Shown piece by piece: positions 1-9,989 of a DNA stretch of 64,000 nucleotides. The DNA is from Chloroflexota bacterium (GTDB lineage Bacteria; Chloroflexota; Limnocylindria; Limnocylindrales; CSP1-4), in assembly GCA_031407755.1 (NCBI GenBank), contig JANOIS010000164.1:6138-70137 (forward strand), given 5' to 3'. Under the pieces are notes generated by a model that saw nothing but the letters and a program-made list of their open reading frames with translations, made no database searches and was not told the origin of the DNA. Each line of letters starts with the position of its first letter. The first letter of the stretch is position 1. Position numbers and translations under genes: made by a program.

Positions 1-1084
1 GACCCGACGCGATCGATGCGGGTGCCAAACCCAGCACGAGCGCCGCTCCCGCGACGCCGAGCGCGTTCGCGACATTGTGTCGGCCCGCGCTGCGCAGGCG
101 CACCAACCAAGGAGCGGCCCCAGGCTCCAGACCGTGCACCTCCACCACCGAGCCGCCCGGCTCGCTCGCCACGATCTTCCCAAGCACCACCCGCGGGGGC
201 CCCGCCGCAGTGGCGTATCGCTCGACCAGCTGCGCAACGCTGGCGGCGATGTTCGCCGTGTCCGCGTCGACGACGGCCGTGACAACGAGCGCGATCGGTC
301 GATCGGCGAGGCGGCGTGCGACCGCAGCCCCGCCCTCGTCGGCCACGTTGATGACCACCGTGGCGCCCGGGGGCGCGTTCCGCAGCCAGACCACGAATGC
401 CTCCACGACGGCAGCGCGATCCGCAAACACGTCCGGGTGATCCCATTCAGCTCCGGTCAGGACTGCCACGTCCGGACGGTACGGATCGAAGTTGCCGGCG
501 TACTCGTCCGCTTCCACGACGAACGGCGCTCCAGCGCCCCAGCGGGCGGTCGATGGCACACCGCCGGTCAGCCCACCCGGCAGCAGCGCGCCGACGAACG
601 CCGACGGATCGAGGCCCGCTTCCACGAGCGTGTGGACCAGCCAGCCTGCCGTCGTGCTCTTGCCGTGCGTACCCGCCACACCGACGAGCGTCCGGCCCAC
701 GGCCACATCCGCCACGACCTGCTGCCACGTCTCGAGCTGGATCCCTGCGGCGCGGGCCGCGACGAGCTCGGCGTGATCGGGGTCGATCGCGGTGAGGGCC
801 TTGGACACGGCCACGCGCGCCGATGCGGGCAGCCCGGACACGTGGCTCGGGTCATGGGCCCAGGCGAGCGGGATGCCGGCCGCCTCGAGCGCGGCTGTGT
901 AGGGTGAAGGCCCACCCGGATCACATCCGGTCACGATCGCGCCCGCGCGGAGTGCCAGCAGAGCCGCGGCACTCGCCCCGGCACCGGCCGCGCCGATCAC
1001 GTGGACCAGTTCGCCCGTCACGATCCGGCGCGCCTCCCGGGCGCCGGCCAGACCGGCGCCGATCGCCGCCGCGTCGCGCGTCAC
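1..1084 (-). CDS. Mur ligase family protein (MurC/Mpl-like), partial; C-terminus runs off the window start
   Basis: My own reverse-strand translation gives VTRDAAAIGAG...HVIGAAGAGASAAALL...GVAGTHGKSTTAGWL...EADEYAGNFDPY...EWDHPDVF...GRHNVANALG. These are the Mur ligase P-loop and the EADEY/DHxD and HN motifs. A GTG start at 1084 overlaps the TGA of the upstream gene (GTGA). The gene is not in the ORF track because the ORF is truncated by the window edge. Confidence 0.8.
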   Translation of the reverse strand, partial: MTRDAAAIGAGLAGAREARRIVTGELVHVIGAAGAGASAAALLALRAGAIVTGCDPGGPSPYTAALEAAGIPLAWAHDPSHVSGLPASARVAVSKALTAIDPDHAELVAARAAGIQLETWQQVVADVAVGRTLVGVAGTHGKSTTAGWLVHTLVEAGLDPSAFVGALLPGGLTGGVPSTARWGAGAPFVVEADEYAGNFDPYRPDVAVLTGAEWDHPDVFADRAAVVEAFVVWLRNAPPGATVVINVADEGGAAVARRLADRPIALVVTAVVDADTANIAASVAQLVERYATAAGPPRVVLGKIVASEPGGSVVEVHGLEPGAAPWLVRLRSAGRHNVANALGVAGAALVLGLAPASIASG

Positions 1085-1638
1085 GAACCGGTGGTGCGCA
1101 GGCGCTCGATGACCAGGGTGAGGGCGGCCGCGGCGCTTGATCGCTTGTTGGCGGCTCGATCTCCCACCCAGACATGCTTGCGCACGTCGTCGCCAGCTGC
1201 GTCCGCGATTGCGACGTAGGTGAGCCCCACCGGTTTGGCCTCGGTCCCGCCATCCGGTCCGGCAACGCCTGTCACCGCGACCGCGAGATTTGCACCAAGA
1301 CGCAGGCGGGCGCCATGGGCCATCGCCAGCGCAACCTGGGCAGATACGGCCCCGTGCGCTGCCAGGACGTCCGCCGGGACATCCGCCAGGCCGAGTTTGG
1401 CCTCGTCGGCGTACGTCACGAGGGCTCCATGGAAATAGTCACTTGATCCGGGAACCTCGGTGATCAGGTGGGCCACCAGGCCACCAGTACACGATTCGGC
1501 GGTTGCGAGCGAGACCCCTGACCCCCGGCACGACGCCCCAACCTCGCGAGCCAGGATCAGGAGTTCCTCGTCCGTCGGCGACACGCCCGTCAACGGCGCC
1601 CGGTGGCCGTGGGCTCGGACGGCGGAGCGAACAGCCAT
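1081..1638 (-). CDS. pncC: CinA C-terminal domain protein / nicotinamide-nucleotide amidohydrolase PncC
   Basis: The product carries SLATAESCTGGLVAHLITEVPGSSDYFHGALVTYADEAK...VAVTGVAGPDGG, typical of the CinA/PncC family. ATG 1638 overlaps the upstream gene by 49 nt. An alternative GTG start at 1584 gives the usual length of about 167 aa. Confidence 0.8.
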   Translation of the reverse strand: MAVRSAVRAHGHRAPLTGVSPTDEELLILAREVGASCRGSGVSLATAESCTGGLVAHLITEVPGSSDYFHGALVTYADEAKLGLADVPADVLAAHGAVSAQVALAMAHGARLRLGANLAVAVTGVAGPDGGTEAKPVGLTYVAIADAAGDDVRKHVWVGDRAANKRSSAAAALTLVIERLRTTGS

Positions 1639-2972
1639 GTCTCGGGGATGCCCGGTGGGCCCAGCGTTCCGAGTGACGTCCCGTTGAGGGTGAACCTCGT
1701 CACTCCCGGCAAGCCGGTTCTGACCTCCACCGACGTCTTGCCTGTGAACGTGACCGTCTTGCCGTCACCGAGGACCTTGCCGCCGGCACCGAACTTGGGA
1801 TCGAGCTTGCCATCCACCCAGACCTTGAGCCAGGCCCGGCCACCATCGATGGTCACGACGAGGGTCACGCCCTTGAACGCGACCGTGACGTTGCGCGTCA
1901 GGGACGACCTCTTGCCTTCTGGACTCGACGCCGTGACGGTGATCGCCCAGCGACCGGTGGTCAGCTCCAACGGGGTGGAGAACGTGCCGTCCTCGGCGAT
2001 CGGCACGGTCGTCGGTGGCGGAACGGGCGGGGGCGCCGGGGTCGCGGTGCCTGGGGCGCCGGCAGGGTCGTCGGTCGGCCCGCTGTAGGTGGCGCTCACG
2101 ACGACGGTCCTGGCGTTGGTCGTGCGTCCCTCGACGGGGATGGCCCCGTTCTCGAAGGTCGCGCCGTCGGCCGGTTGACCCACCTCCAGGGTGGGTGCCT
2201 GGGTCACCAGGTAGGGCACCGTGATGAACAGGCTGACGGACGCTTCCGATCTCTTGCCCGTTTCCGGATCCACCGAGCTCACATCGAACTGGTTGCGTCC
2301 GCGGCGCAGATCCACACTCGCGCTCCACACTCCGTCGGCGTCGGCGCTGACGTTGTATGGGTCGCGACCCGGAGTGGCGATGGAGATCGTGGCACCGGCT
2401 GACGAGGTGCCGCGCAGGAGATAGCTCGTCGCCGACTCGTCGACATCGACCACGGCCGCGACCGGGTTCGTCACCTCGATCGTCGGCGGCTTGGCGAAGC
2501 GCAGGAGCTGCAGCGCGAGATAGCCCGCAAAGATCATCACGCCGATCGTGAGCAGGGCGAACACGACGAGGCTGGGCGAGAAGGTCAGACCCTTCCGTGG
2601 GGTGGCGATCGGCCGCGGAACGCTGAGAACGGCCTGCGGTTCACGGGTGTCGCCGCGCTCAGCCCGCCACTGGAGCAGGACCTCGTCAGCGTCAAGACCG
2701 AGATACAGCGCGTAGTTGCGCAGGAAACCCTTGGTGTAGACCGCGCCCGGCAACTCGCGGTAGTCGCCGCGTTCCATGGCGGCGAGATAGCGGGCGCGAA
2801 TCTTGGTGTCGCGTTCCGCCCGATACAGGTCCACGCCCTTGCGCTCGCGGGCCGCCAGCAGCCGTTCCGGCAGTCCCTGAGCTGGTTCTGAACCAACATC
2901 GCGGGCCTCGCCGCGGGCTGCGCCGCGCTCGCCGCCGCCGATGGCTCGCCGGACCTGCTCCCGTGTCGTCAT
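1590..2972 (-). CDS. rodZ: RodZ-like cytoskeleton protein (XRE-type HTH, one TM helix, Pro-rich and Ig-like/DUF4115-like C-terminal region)
   Basis: The N-terminus reads LLAARERKGVDLYRAERDTKIRARYLAAMERGDYRELPGAVYTKGFLRNYALYLGLD, the RodZ HTH signature. A hydrophobic segment LVVFALLTIGVMIFAGYLALQLL follows. Confidence 0.7.
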   Translation of the reverse strand: MTTREQVRRAIGGGERGAARGEARDVGSEPAQGLPERLLAARERKGVDLYRAERDTKIRARYLAAMERGDYRELPGAVYTKGFLRNYALYLGLDADEVLLQWRAERGDTREPQAVLSVPRPIATPRKGLTFSPSLVVFALLTIGVMIFAGYLALQLLRFAKPPTIEVTNPVAAVVDVDESATSYLLRGTSSAGATISIATPGRDPYNVSADADGVWSASVDLRRGRNQFDVSSVDPETGKRSEASVSLFITVPYLVTQAPTLEVGQPADGATFENGAIPVEGRTTNARTVVVSATYSGPTDDPAGAPGTATPAPPPVPPPTTVPIAEDGTFSTPLELTTGRWAITVTASSPEGKRSSLTRNVTVAFKGVTLVVTIDGGRAWLKVWVDGKLDPKFGAGGKVLGDGKTVTFTGKTSVEVRTGLPGVTRFTLNGTSLGTLGPPGIPETWLFAPPSEPTATGRR

Positions 2973-3101
2973 CGCCGTGCCCCGTGGTGATCGCGCTCAG
3001 CCCGCCGCCAACCGCTCGCCCGTCGGGCCGGATGGATGATCGTCGGGGCCATAGGATACCCCAGCCTTCCACCAAGCCAGCCCCCCGAGTCGGAGACGTG
3101 T

Positions 3102-5546
3102 CTAGCGGTCGCCAGGATCATCGATATCGTCCAGCGACTTGAACCAGTTATCGGGGCCATAGATGTGGCGTGGTGACGCCGGGTTGCGCGGATCCTGCGG
3201 GCCGATGAGTCCGTAGCGCTCCAGTTCGTCCATCACCCGGCTCGCTCGTGCGAACCCGAGCTTCAACTTGGTCTGGAGCATCGACGTGCTCGCCCGCTGT
3301 GAACTCATCACGAGCTCGGCCGCCGGTACGGTCATCTCGTCCACGCCGAGCTTGCGCAGCCAGGCGAACTGGCCGCCGTCGTTGCCGCCACCATCCTCGG
3401 CCTCGGCAAAGGCCAGGATCCCCTCGTCGTAGAAGGTCCGGCCGCCGGTCTGCTCCAGCCAGTGGCGGGTGACCTCAGCGACCTCGTGATCACTCACGAA
3501 CACGCCCTGCATGCGAACCGGCCGTGGCAGGTCCACCGGCTGATAGAGCATGTCGCCGCGACCGATGAGATCTTCAGCGCCGGGCGCATCAAGGACCGTC
3601 CGCGAATCGACCATGGAGGCCATGGCGAAGGCGATCCGCGACGGCACGTTGGCCTTGATCAGACCGGTGACGACGTTGACCGACGGTCGCTGCGTCGCCA
3701 GCACGAGGTGGATACCGACCGCGCGCGCCTTCTGGGCGATCTTGACGATCGGATCCTCGACCTTGCGCCCCTCGCGCATGATCAGATCGGCCAGTTCATC
3801 GATGATCAGGACGATATAGGGCATCCGCTCGTTGTCGCCTTCGTCACCGGCGATCTCCGGGCGGCCGTTGAACGCCGCGATGTTGCGCACGCCGTGGGCA
3901 GCCAGGAGCTTGTAGCGCTCCTCCATCTCGCGGACCGCCCAATTGATCACGGCCTTCGCCTCGTTCGGCTCGACGATGACGTGCTGGAGCAGATGGGGCA
4001 GCCCGTCGTAGGGCGCCAATTCGACCCGCTTGAGATCGACCAGGATCATCCGGACGTCGTCCGGTCTGGCCCGCATCAGGATGCTCGTGATCAGGGCGTT
4101 GACACAGACGCTCTTGCCCGAGCCCGTTGCCCCGGACACAAGCAAATGGGGCATCTTGGCGAGGTCGACGGCGTATGCCAGGCCGGACACGTCGCGGCCG
4201 AGCGCAAAGGTCAACGGACTCGTCGACTCGAGCATCTTGCTCTCCTCGACGAGCGGACGGAACCCGACGATCTCGCTGATGGCGTTCGGGATCTCGATGC
4301 CGACGACGTCCTTGCCCGGGATGGGGGCCTCGATCCGGATCGATCGGGCGGAAAGGGCCATCGCGAGGTCGTCAGCGACCGCCTCGATCCGCGCGACCTT
4401 GACGTGGTGATCGGGTTTCACTTCGTATTGGGTCACGACCGGCCCGGAGTTGATCTTGAGAACCTTGGCCGGGATCGCGAAGCTGAGGAGCTTTTCCTCG
4501 ATGCGTCGGGCATTCGACTTGTGATCGAGCGCCTCCCCGATGCGACCGGCCGCGCGTGGCTCGAGCAGCTCCACGCCGGGCAGCGTCCAATCGATCGCCT
4601 GAAGTGACTCCAGAGCCGTCGGGGCAAGGTCGGCGACGGCCAGACCGGCGCGGGCCGCGGCACCGGCGCTCGTCGGTCGAGACGGGGCGCCGGTCGGCCC
4701 GCCATCGCCGGAACTCATCCAGACCGTCTGGCTCATCGGCGATGGGCTTGTCCGGGTCGCCGGCTCATCGAGGATGCTGCGCGCGGTGGCCGGATCAGCG
4801 TCATCGGCGGGCCGGACCGGGACCGCGACCGGAACCCTGGCGGCGCCGTTCCTGCCGCGGCCATCGGCCGTGGCGGCCTTGGCGACGGCCGTCGCCGCCC
4901 GCGCGTCCTGCGTGCGCTGCAGCGACTGGGCCGCGGTCGTGACCACCCAGCGCGCGGTGCCTGTGACCGGATCCGTCAGCTGCGTGAGGCGCAGGTTGAA
5001 CGCGATCATGACCCCCAGGACGACGAGTGCCGACAGCAGCACGAAGGTTCCCGGTCCGGTCAGGAGTGGCTGGAGTGTCTCGGCCAGGAAACGCCCGATC
5101 CGACCGCCACCGCGTTCCGTTTCCAGGATGTCCGGGGCCACGATCTCGAAGGCGCCCAGCAGCCCCACGTACGCGACGGACAGGCCGCCCAGGGTCATCC
5201 CCCAGCCCGAGCCCGGATTCTTGCCCGGCCCGGCCGCGATGTACCAGCCCGCGCCGAGCAGCAGCACCGGCAGCAGCCACCGGCCGGTCTCGAACCAGGG
5301 CGCGATCGAATCCCGCCACCAGTCGGTCAGGGCGCCCTGACCGGGGAGGATGTGGGCGATGAGCGTGATGGCGCCAAGGGCCATCAGCAGGGTTCCGAGG
5401 ATCGAGCGGACGACCTCAGGCGTGACCCGGGAGAGGAAGCCGCTGGTGGACTTCCGGCGTGACCCGCGGGTGGTCCGGGTGGTCCGGGTGGTCCGGGTGG
5501 CGGTCCCGCGCTCGGCTGTCGTGCGGGTCGGCTTGGGTGTCGCCAA
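3102..5546 (-). CDS. ftsK: DNA translocase FtsK/SpoIIIE
   Basis: The product has N-terminal TM segments, a Walker A motif (LLVSGATGSGKSVCVN), IVLIIDELADL, LVLATQRPSVNV and a C-terminal gamma (winged-helix) domain SMLQTKLKLGFARASRVMDELE. Confidence 0.95.
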   Translation of the reverse strand: MATPKPTRTTAERGTATRTTRTTRTTRGSRRKSTSGFLSRVTPEVVRSILGTLLMALGAITLIAHILPGQGALTDWWRDSIAPWFETGRWLLPVLLLGAGWYIAAGPGKNPGSGWGMTLGGLSVAYVGLLGAFEIVAPDILETERGGGRIGRFLAETLQPLLTGPGTFVLLSALVVLGVMIAFNLRLTQLTDPVTGTARWVVTTAAQSLQRTQDARAATAVAKAATADGRGRNGAARVPVAVPVRPADDADPATARSILDEPATRTSPSPMSQTVWMSSGDGGPTGAPSRPTSAGAAARAGLAVADLAPTALESLQAIDWTLPGVELLEPRAAGRIGEALDHKSNARRIEEKLLSFAIPAKVLKINSGPVVTQYEVKPDHHVKVARIEAVADDLAMALSARSIRIEAPIPGKDVVGIEIPNAISEIVGFRPLVEESKMLESTSPLTFALGRDVSGLAYAVDLAKMPHLLVSGATGSGKSVCVNALITSILMRARPDDVRMILVDLKRVELAPYDGLPHLLQHVIVEPNEAKAVINWAVREMEERYKLLAAHGVRNIAAFNGRPEIAGDEGDNERMPYIVLIIDELADLIMREGRKVEDPIVKIAQKARAVGIHLVLATQRPSVNVVTGLIKANVPSRIAFAMASMVDSRTVLDAPGAEDLIGRGDMLYQPVDLPRPVRMQGVFVSDHEVAEVTRHWLEQTGGRTFYDEGILAFAEAEDGGGNDGGQFAWLRKLGVDEMTVPAAELVMSSQRASTSMLQTKLKLGFARASRVMDELERYGLIGPQDPRNPASPRHIYGPDNWFKSLDDIDDPGDR

Positions 5547-5549
5547 CCG

Positions 5550-7232
5550 TCAGACCTCGACCACGACCGGAAAGACCATCGGTCGACGCTTGGTCTGCTC
5601 GTACAGATAGCGCGACACGCCGTCCTTGATCTGGGTCTTGAGCAGGGCGATCTCGCTGATGTGCTCGCCCGGTGTACTGATGGCGGCCATGACGCGCTCA
5701 ACGGCCTCCTCCATCAGCGGATCGAGCTCGTTGAGCTTGACAAAGCCGCGGGTGACGATCTCCGGGCGCCCGATGACCGCGCCGGTCTGCTTGTCGACGG
5801 TCACGACGATCATGAACATGCCGTCGTTGGCCAGGGACCGCCGGTCGCGCAGGACGACCTCGCCGACATCGCCGACGGACAGGCCATCGACATAGACGTA
5901 GCCAGCCGTGACCGACGTGCCGCGGCGGGCCGAGCCGTCCGCATACAACTCGATCGGCGTCCCGTTTTCGATGATGAACACGTTCTCGGGGTCGACGCCG
6001 GTCTCGATAGCGAGTCGACCATGCTGGACCTGCATCCGGAACTCACCATGGATCGGGATGAAGTACTTGGGCTTGGTCAGGCCGAGCATCAGCTTGAGCT
6101 CCTCCTGGCTGGCGTGACCGGAGACGTGGGCGCGCTTGATAGTGTGGTAATACACGTTCGCGCCGGCCTTGAATAGATTGTCGATGGTCCTGGATACGTA
6201 CTCCTCGTTGCCAGGGATCGGGCTAGCGCTGACGATCACCGTGTCGCCGGGCTTGATCTCGACGAATCGGTGATCGCGGTTCGCCATCCGCGCGAGGCCC
6301 GCCATGGGCTCGCCCTGGGCGCCGGTCGTGGCGATCACGAGCTTGGCGTCCGGGTGGTCCTTGATCTTGTCCTTGGGCACGATCTTCGACGGGTCGTAGG
6401 TGAGGTAGCCGAGGTCCGTCGCGATGCGAAAGTTCTGCTCCATGGATCGGCCGATGACGGACACGCTGCGGTTCATGTCCGCGGCTGCGTCCAGGACCTG
6501 CTGGATTCTCGCGATGTTGCTGGCAAAGGTGGCCACGATGACCCGGCCGTCGAGCGGTTCCATGATCTCGCGGAAGGCCTCGCCGACCGTCCGCTCCGAG
6601 GGCGTGTAGCCCGGGTTCTCGGCGCGGGTCGAGTCGGACAGGAGGCAGGCGACGCCTTCTTCGCCGAGCCGCGCGAGGATCGCGAAGTCGGAGAGCTTGC
6701 CGTCAACCGGGGTGTGATCGAACTTGAAGTCGCCGGTGTGGACGATGGTCCCGACCGGCGTTCGCAGGGCGATACCCATCGCATCCGGGATGGAATGGCC
6801 GACACGGAACGGCAGGACGTGGAACGGTCCGATATCGAGCTCGTCGCCGGGGTTCAGCAGGTGGACCGGATTGTGGTGGAGCTTGTGCTCCTTGATCTTG
6901 TTCCCGAGAAGACCACGGGCCAGGGTGCTGGCGTAGACCGGGACGCCCGGGAACTCGGGCAACACGTACGGCAGGGCGCCGACATGATCCTCGTGGGCGT
7001 GGGTGATGAGGAACGCCTTGACCTTGGCCCGGTTCTCCTTGAGGTAGGTGACGTCGGGGATGACGAGGTCGATGCCGAACATCTCCTCGTCGGGGAACAT
7101 CAGTCCGCAATCGATGACGACGATATCGTCGCCGTACTCGAAGACATACATGTTCTTGCCGATCTCGCCGACCCCGCCGAGCGGGATGATTCGAAGCGGC
7201 ATATCGGGATTGGCGTTGTTCTGGTTGGGCAT
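5550..7232 (-). CDS. rnj: Ribonuclease J
   Basis: The product has the metallo-beta-lactamase/beta-CASP motifs LITHAHEDHVGALPY, GDFKFD, ASNIARIQ and HVSGHASQEE, and is 560 aa. Confidence 0.95.
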   Translation of the reverse strand: MPNQNNANPDMPLRIIPLGGVGEIGKNMYVFEYGDDIVVIDCGLMFPDEEMFGIDLVIPDVTYLKENRAKVKAFLITHAHEDHVGALPYVLPEFPGVPVYASTLARGLLGNKIKEHKLHHNPVHLLNPGDELDIGPFHVLPFRVGHSIPDAMGIALRTPVGTIVHTGDFKFDHTPVDGKLSDFAILARLGEEGVACLLSDSTRAENPGYTPSERTVGEAFREIMEPLDGRVIVATFASNIARIQQVLDAAADMNRSVSVIGRSMEQNFRIATDLGYLTYDPSKIVPKDKIKDHPDAKLVIATTGAQGEPMAGLARMANRDHRFVEIKPGDTVIVSASPIPGNEEYVSRTIDNLFKAGANVYYHTIKRAHVSGHASQEELKLMLGLTKPKYFIPIHGEFRMQVQHGRLAIETGVDPENVFIIENGTPIELYADGSARRGTSVTAGYVYVDGLSVGDVGEVVLRDRRSLANDGMFMIVVTVDKQTGAVIGRPEIVTRGFVKLNELDPLMEEAVERVMAAISTPGEHISEIALLKTQIKDGVSRYLYEQTKRRPMVFPVVVEV

Positions 7233-7249
7233 GTGGTGTCCTGTGTGAA

Positions 7250-7945
7250 TCAGAAAAGGCTGAGCTGGTCGGTGGGTGTGTCGGGGTCCGTCGAGGCGGC
7301 CGGGGCGGCTGCGGCAGGCGCAGCCGTCGGCGCGGCTGCGGCGGATGCGGACCGCCGCGTCCGGGCTTCGGTCAGGACGGCCGGGATCCGCGCCATGTCC
7401 ACGTAACTCTCACGCTCGATGGCGGGCGTTCGCAGGGCCGCAGCCGGGTGGTACATGGCGAAGACCGTGGCGTCCCGGGCGCCGGTCGCCGTCTCCGCGT
7501 GGCCCGTCGTGCCGTGCGCCTGCGAGATGCGGACACCCGGCATGAACCGGCCCATGGAATGCCGGCCGAGGGTGACCACGACGGACGGATCGAGCGCCTC
7601 GAGCTGGCGCTGCAGGTACGGGGCACACGCAACGATCTCATCTGGCTCCGGGTCGCGATTGCCCGGCGGACGGCACTTGACGATGTTGGTGATGAAGACG
7701 TCGTCCCGTGACCAGCCGATGTGCCCGAGCAGGTTCACCAGCAGCCCGCCGGCGCGACCCACGAACGGCCGACCCTGACGATCCTCGTTCATGCCCGGCG
7801 CCTCCCCGACGAAGAGGACCTCCGTCTGCGGATCCCCCTCCCCCGGCACGGCCATCGTCCTGGTCTCGTGCAGTCGACAGCGAGTGCAGACCCGCACCTC
7901 GTCCGCCACAGCATCGAGCGCCGCGCGGCGCTCGGCATCCGTCAC
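7250..7945 (-). CDS. Uracil-DNA glycosylase, family 4, with an Ala/Pro-rich C-terminal tail
   Basis: The product has CTRCRLHETRT...VLFVGEAPGMNEDRQGRPFVGRAGGLL and ...ITNIVKCRPPGNRDP, the family-4 UDG motifs with Fe-S Cys residues. Confidence 0.9.
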   Translation of the reverse strand: MTDAERRAALDAVADEVRVCTRCRLHETRTMAVPGEGDPQTEVLFVGEAPGMNEDRQGRPFVGRAGGLLVNLLGHIGWSRDDVFITNIVKCRPPGNRDPEPDEIVACAPYLQRQLEALDPSVVVTLGRHSMGRFMPGVRISQAHGTTGHAETATGARDATVFAMYHPAAALRTPAIERESYVDMARIPAVLTEARTRRSASAAAAPTAAPAAAAPAASTDPDTPTDQLSLF

Positions 7946-9015
7946 GCGGTCGTTCCGGCCGCGTTCCGTGCCGCGGCGGCGCGCACCCAGCCGCGCTCGA
8001 CCAGGATCTCAGCGAGCTGGACGGCGTTGGTGGCTGCGCCCTTACGCAGGTTGTCGCTGACCACCCAGAAGGCGAGTCCGCGGCCGCCGTCGATGGACGG
8101 GTCCTGGCGCACACGCCCGACGTAGATCTCGTCCGTGCCGGCCGCCAACGTGGCCAGCGGATAGGTGGAGGTCGACGGATCGTCCTGGACGACCACGCCC
8201 GGTACGGCGGCGAACAGGGTCCGGGCACGGTCCGCCGTGATCGATTCCGTCGTCTCGACGTGGACCGCCTCGCTGTGGGCCACGAAGACGGGCACCCGTA
8301 CGGCCGTGGAGCTCACCCGCAGGTCCGGCAGGTGCAGGATCTTGCGGCTCTCCGTGACGACCTTCCACTCTTCCCTGGTGTAGCCGTTGTCCAGGAAGAC
8401 GTCGACCTGCGGCAGGACATTGAACGCGATCTGATGCGGGTAGACGCTGGATTCCAGCGTTCGCCCGTTGACGTGGGCCTCGACCTGGGCCTGGAGTTCC
8501 GTGATGGCCTTGCCGCCGGTGCCGCTGACTGCCTGGTAGGTATCGACGATGATGCGTTCCAGGCCCACAGCGTCGCGCAGGGCCATCAGGGGCGGCACGA
8601 GCTGCATCGTGGAGCAGTTGGGGTTGGCGATGATGCCCTCGTGCCAGGCGAGGTCGTCCGCGTTGACCTGGCTCACCACCAGCGGTACGGTCGGATCCAT
8701 ACGCCAGGCGCTGGAGTTATCGATCACGGTCGCGCCACGCCTGGCCGCCTCGGGAGCGAGGTGCCTGGAGGTCTCGCCACCGGCGCTGAACAGCGCGATA
8801 TCGACGCCCTCGAATGCGTCCGGTGTGGCTTCCCCGACGATGTGCTCGATGCCCCCGACATCCATGGCCCGGCCGGCAGATCTGGTGCTGGCAAGCAGCC
8901 GTAACTCCCCGACCGGGAATCCCCGATCGAGCAGCATCCGGATCATCGTGCCGCCGACGACGCCAGTGGCGCCCACGACCGCCACGGTGAGGGGTTTCGT
9001 GTTCACTGCGAGCAT
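7942..9015 (-). CDS. asd: Aspartate-semialdehyde dehydrogenase
   Basis: The product has VAVVGATGVVGGTM, NPNCSTMQLV and SGTGGKA motifs and is 357 aa. Its 3' end overlaps the UDG start by 4 nt. Confidence 0.95.
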   Translation of the reverse strand: MLAVNTKPLTVAVVGATGVVGGTMIRMLLDRGFPVGELRLLASTRSAGRAMDVGGIEHIVGEATPDAFEGVDIALFSAGGETSRHLAPEAARRGATVIDNSSAWRMDPTVPLVVSQVNADDLAWHEGIIANPNCSTMQLVPPLMALRDAVGLERIIVDTYQAVSGTGGKAITELQAQVEAHVNGRTLESSVYPHQIAFNVLPQVDVFLDNGYTREEWKVVTESRKILHLPDLRVSSTAVRVPVFVAHSEAVHVETTESITADRARTLFAAVPGVVVQDDPSTSTYPLATLAAGTDEIYVGRVRQDPSIDGGRGLAFWVVSDNLRKGAATNAVQLAEILVERGWVRAAAARNAAGTTA

Positions 9016-9092
9016 GGCTCCGCTGTGGTCTTGATCGAGTCGGGCACGGCGGGAGTATACCAGCGGGTCTTCATGGGCCAGCCGGATGCGAG

Positions 9093-9989
9093 TCAGCGGC
9101 GGACCGCTCGCGGATCGAGGGCGTCGCGCAGGCCGTCACCGATGAAGTTGACCGAGAGAACGGTCAGCGCGATCGCGACGCCGGGTGCGATCCACAACCA
9201 CGGTATGTCGATGAGGACCGTCGGAGACTGTGCGGCGTTGATCATCTCGCCCCAGCTGGGGATCGGGACCTTCACGCCGAGGCCGAGGAACGACAGGCCA
9301 GCCTCGAGGATGATCGCGCTCGCGACCCCGAATGTGGCGAGGACAGCCAGCGAGCTGATGATGTTCGGGATGAGGTGTCGGAAGAGGATCCCGGACGTGC
9401 TCACGCCGACGACACGCGCGGCGATAATGAATTCCGCTTCCCGGAGTGCGAGCACCTGGCCGCGCACGAGCCGGCACGCGCCTGGCCACCCGAGCAGGCC
9501 GATGACCGCGACGACGCTCAACAGGCTCGGCCCGACCGCTGAGACGAACACGATCACGAGGAGCAGCGTGGGAATGCTCATCAGGGTGTCGACGACGCGC
9601 ATGATGACGAAGTCGAGTCGACCGCCGGCCAGGCCGGCCAATCCGCCGAGCAGCGTCCCGATCACGACGTAGATCGTCACGGCCCCCAGACCCACCACGA
9701 GCGAAGTCCGCGCCCCGTGCACGACCCGGGCCCAGACATCGCGCCCGGAGCGGTCCGTCCCGAGCAGGTGCTGAGCGCTCGGCGGCTGGCTGACGGCCTT
9801 GATGTCGGTGAAGAACGGCTTGCTCGAGACGACGTCCGCGAACACAGCCAGGAGCACGATCACCGTAAGGAGCACCATCCCCACGACGGCCAGCCGGTGA
9901 CGCATGAAGCGCCGGAGCGCCGCGCGCCCAGGCGACTGGTGTTCGAGCACCAAACCCTGGATGGGCTGGGCGTCAGCGAGCGCTGCCAA
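9093..9989 (-). CDS. ABC transporter permease, DppC/OppC type
   Basis: Multiple TM helices are present, along with an EAA-like loop (LREAEFIIAARVVGVSTSGILFRHLIPN) typical of peptide/nickel permeases. Confidence 0.9.
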   Translation of the reverse strand: MAALADAQPIQGLVLEHQSPGRAALRRFMRHRLAVVGMVLLTVIVLLAVFADVVSSKPFFTDIKAVSQPPSAQHLLGTDRSGRDVWARVVHGARTSLVVGLGAVTIYVVIGTLLGGLAGLAGGRLDFVIMRVVDTLMSIPTLLLVIVFVSAVGPSLLSVVAVIGLLGWPGACRLVRGQVLALREAEFIIAARVVGVSTSGILFRHLIPNIISSLAVLATFGVASAIILEAGLSFLGLGVKVPIPSWGEMINAAQSPTVLIDIPWLWIAPGVAIALTVLSVNFIGDGLRDALDPRAVRR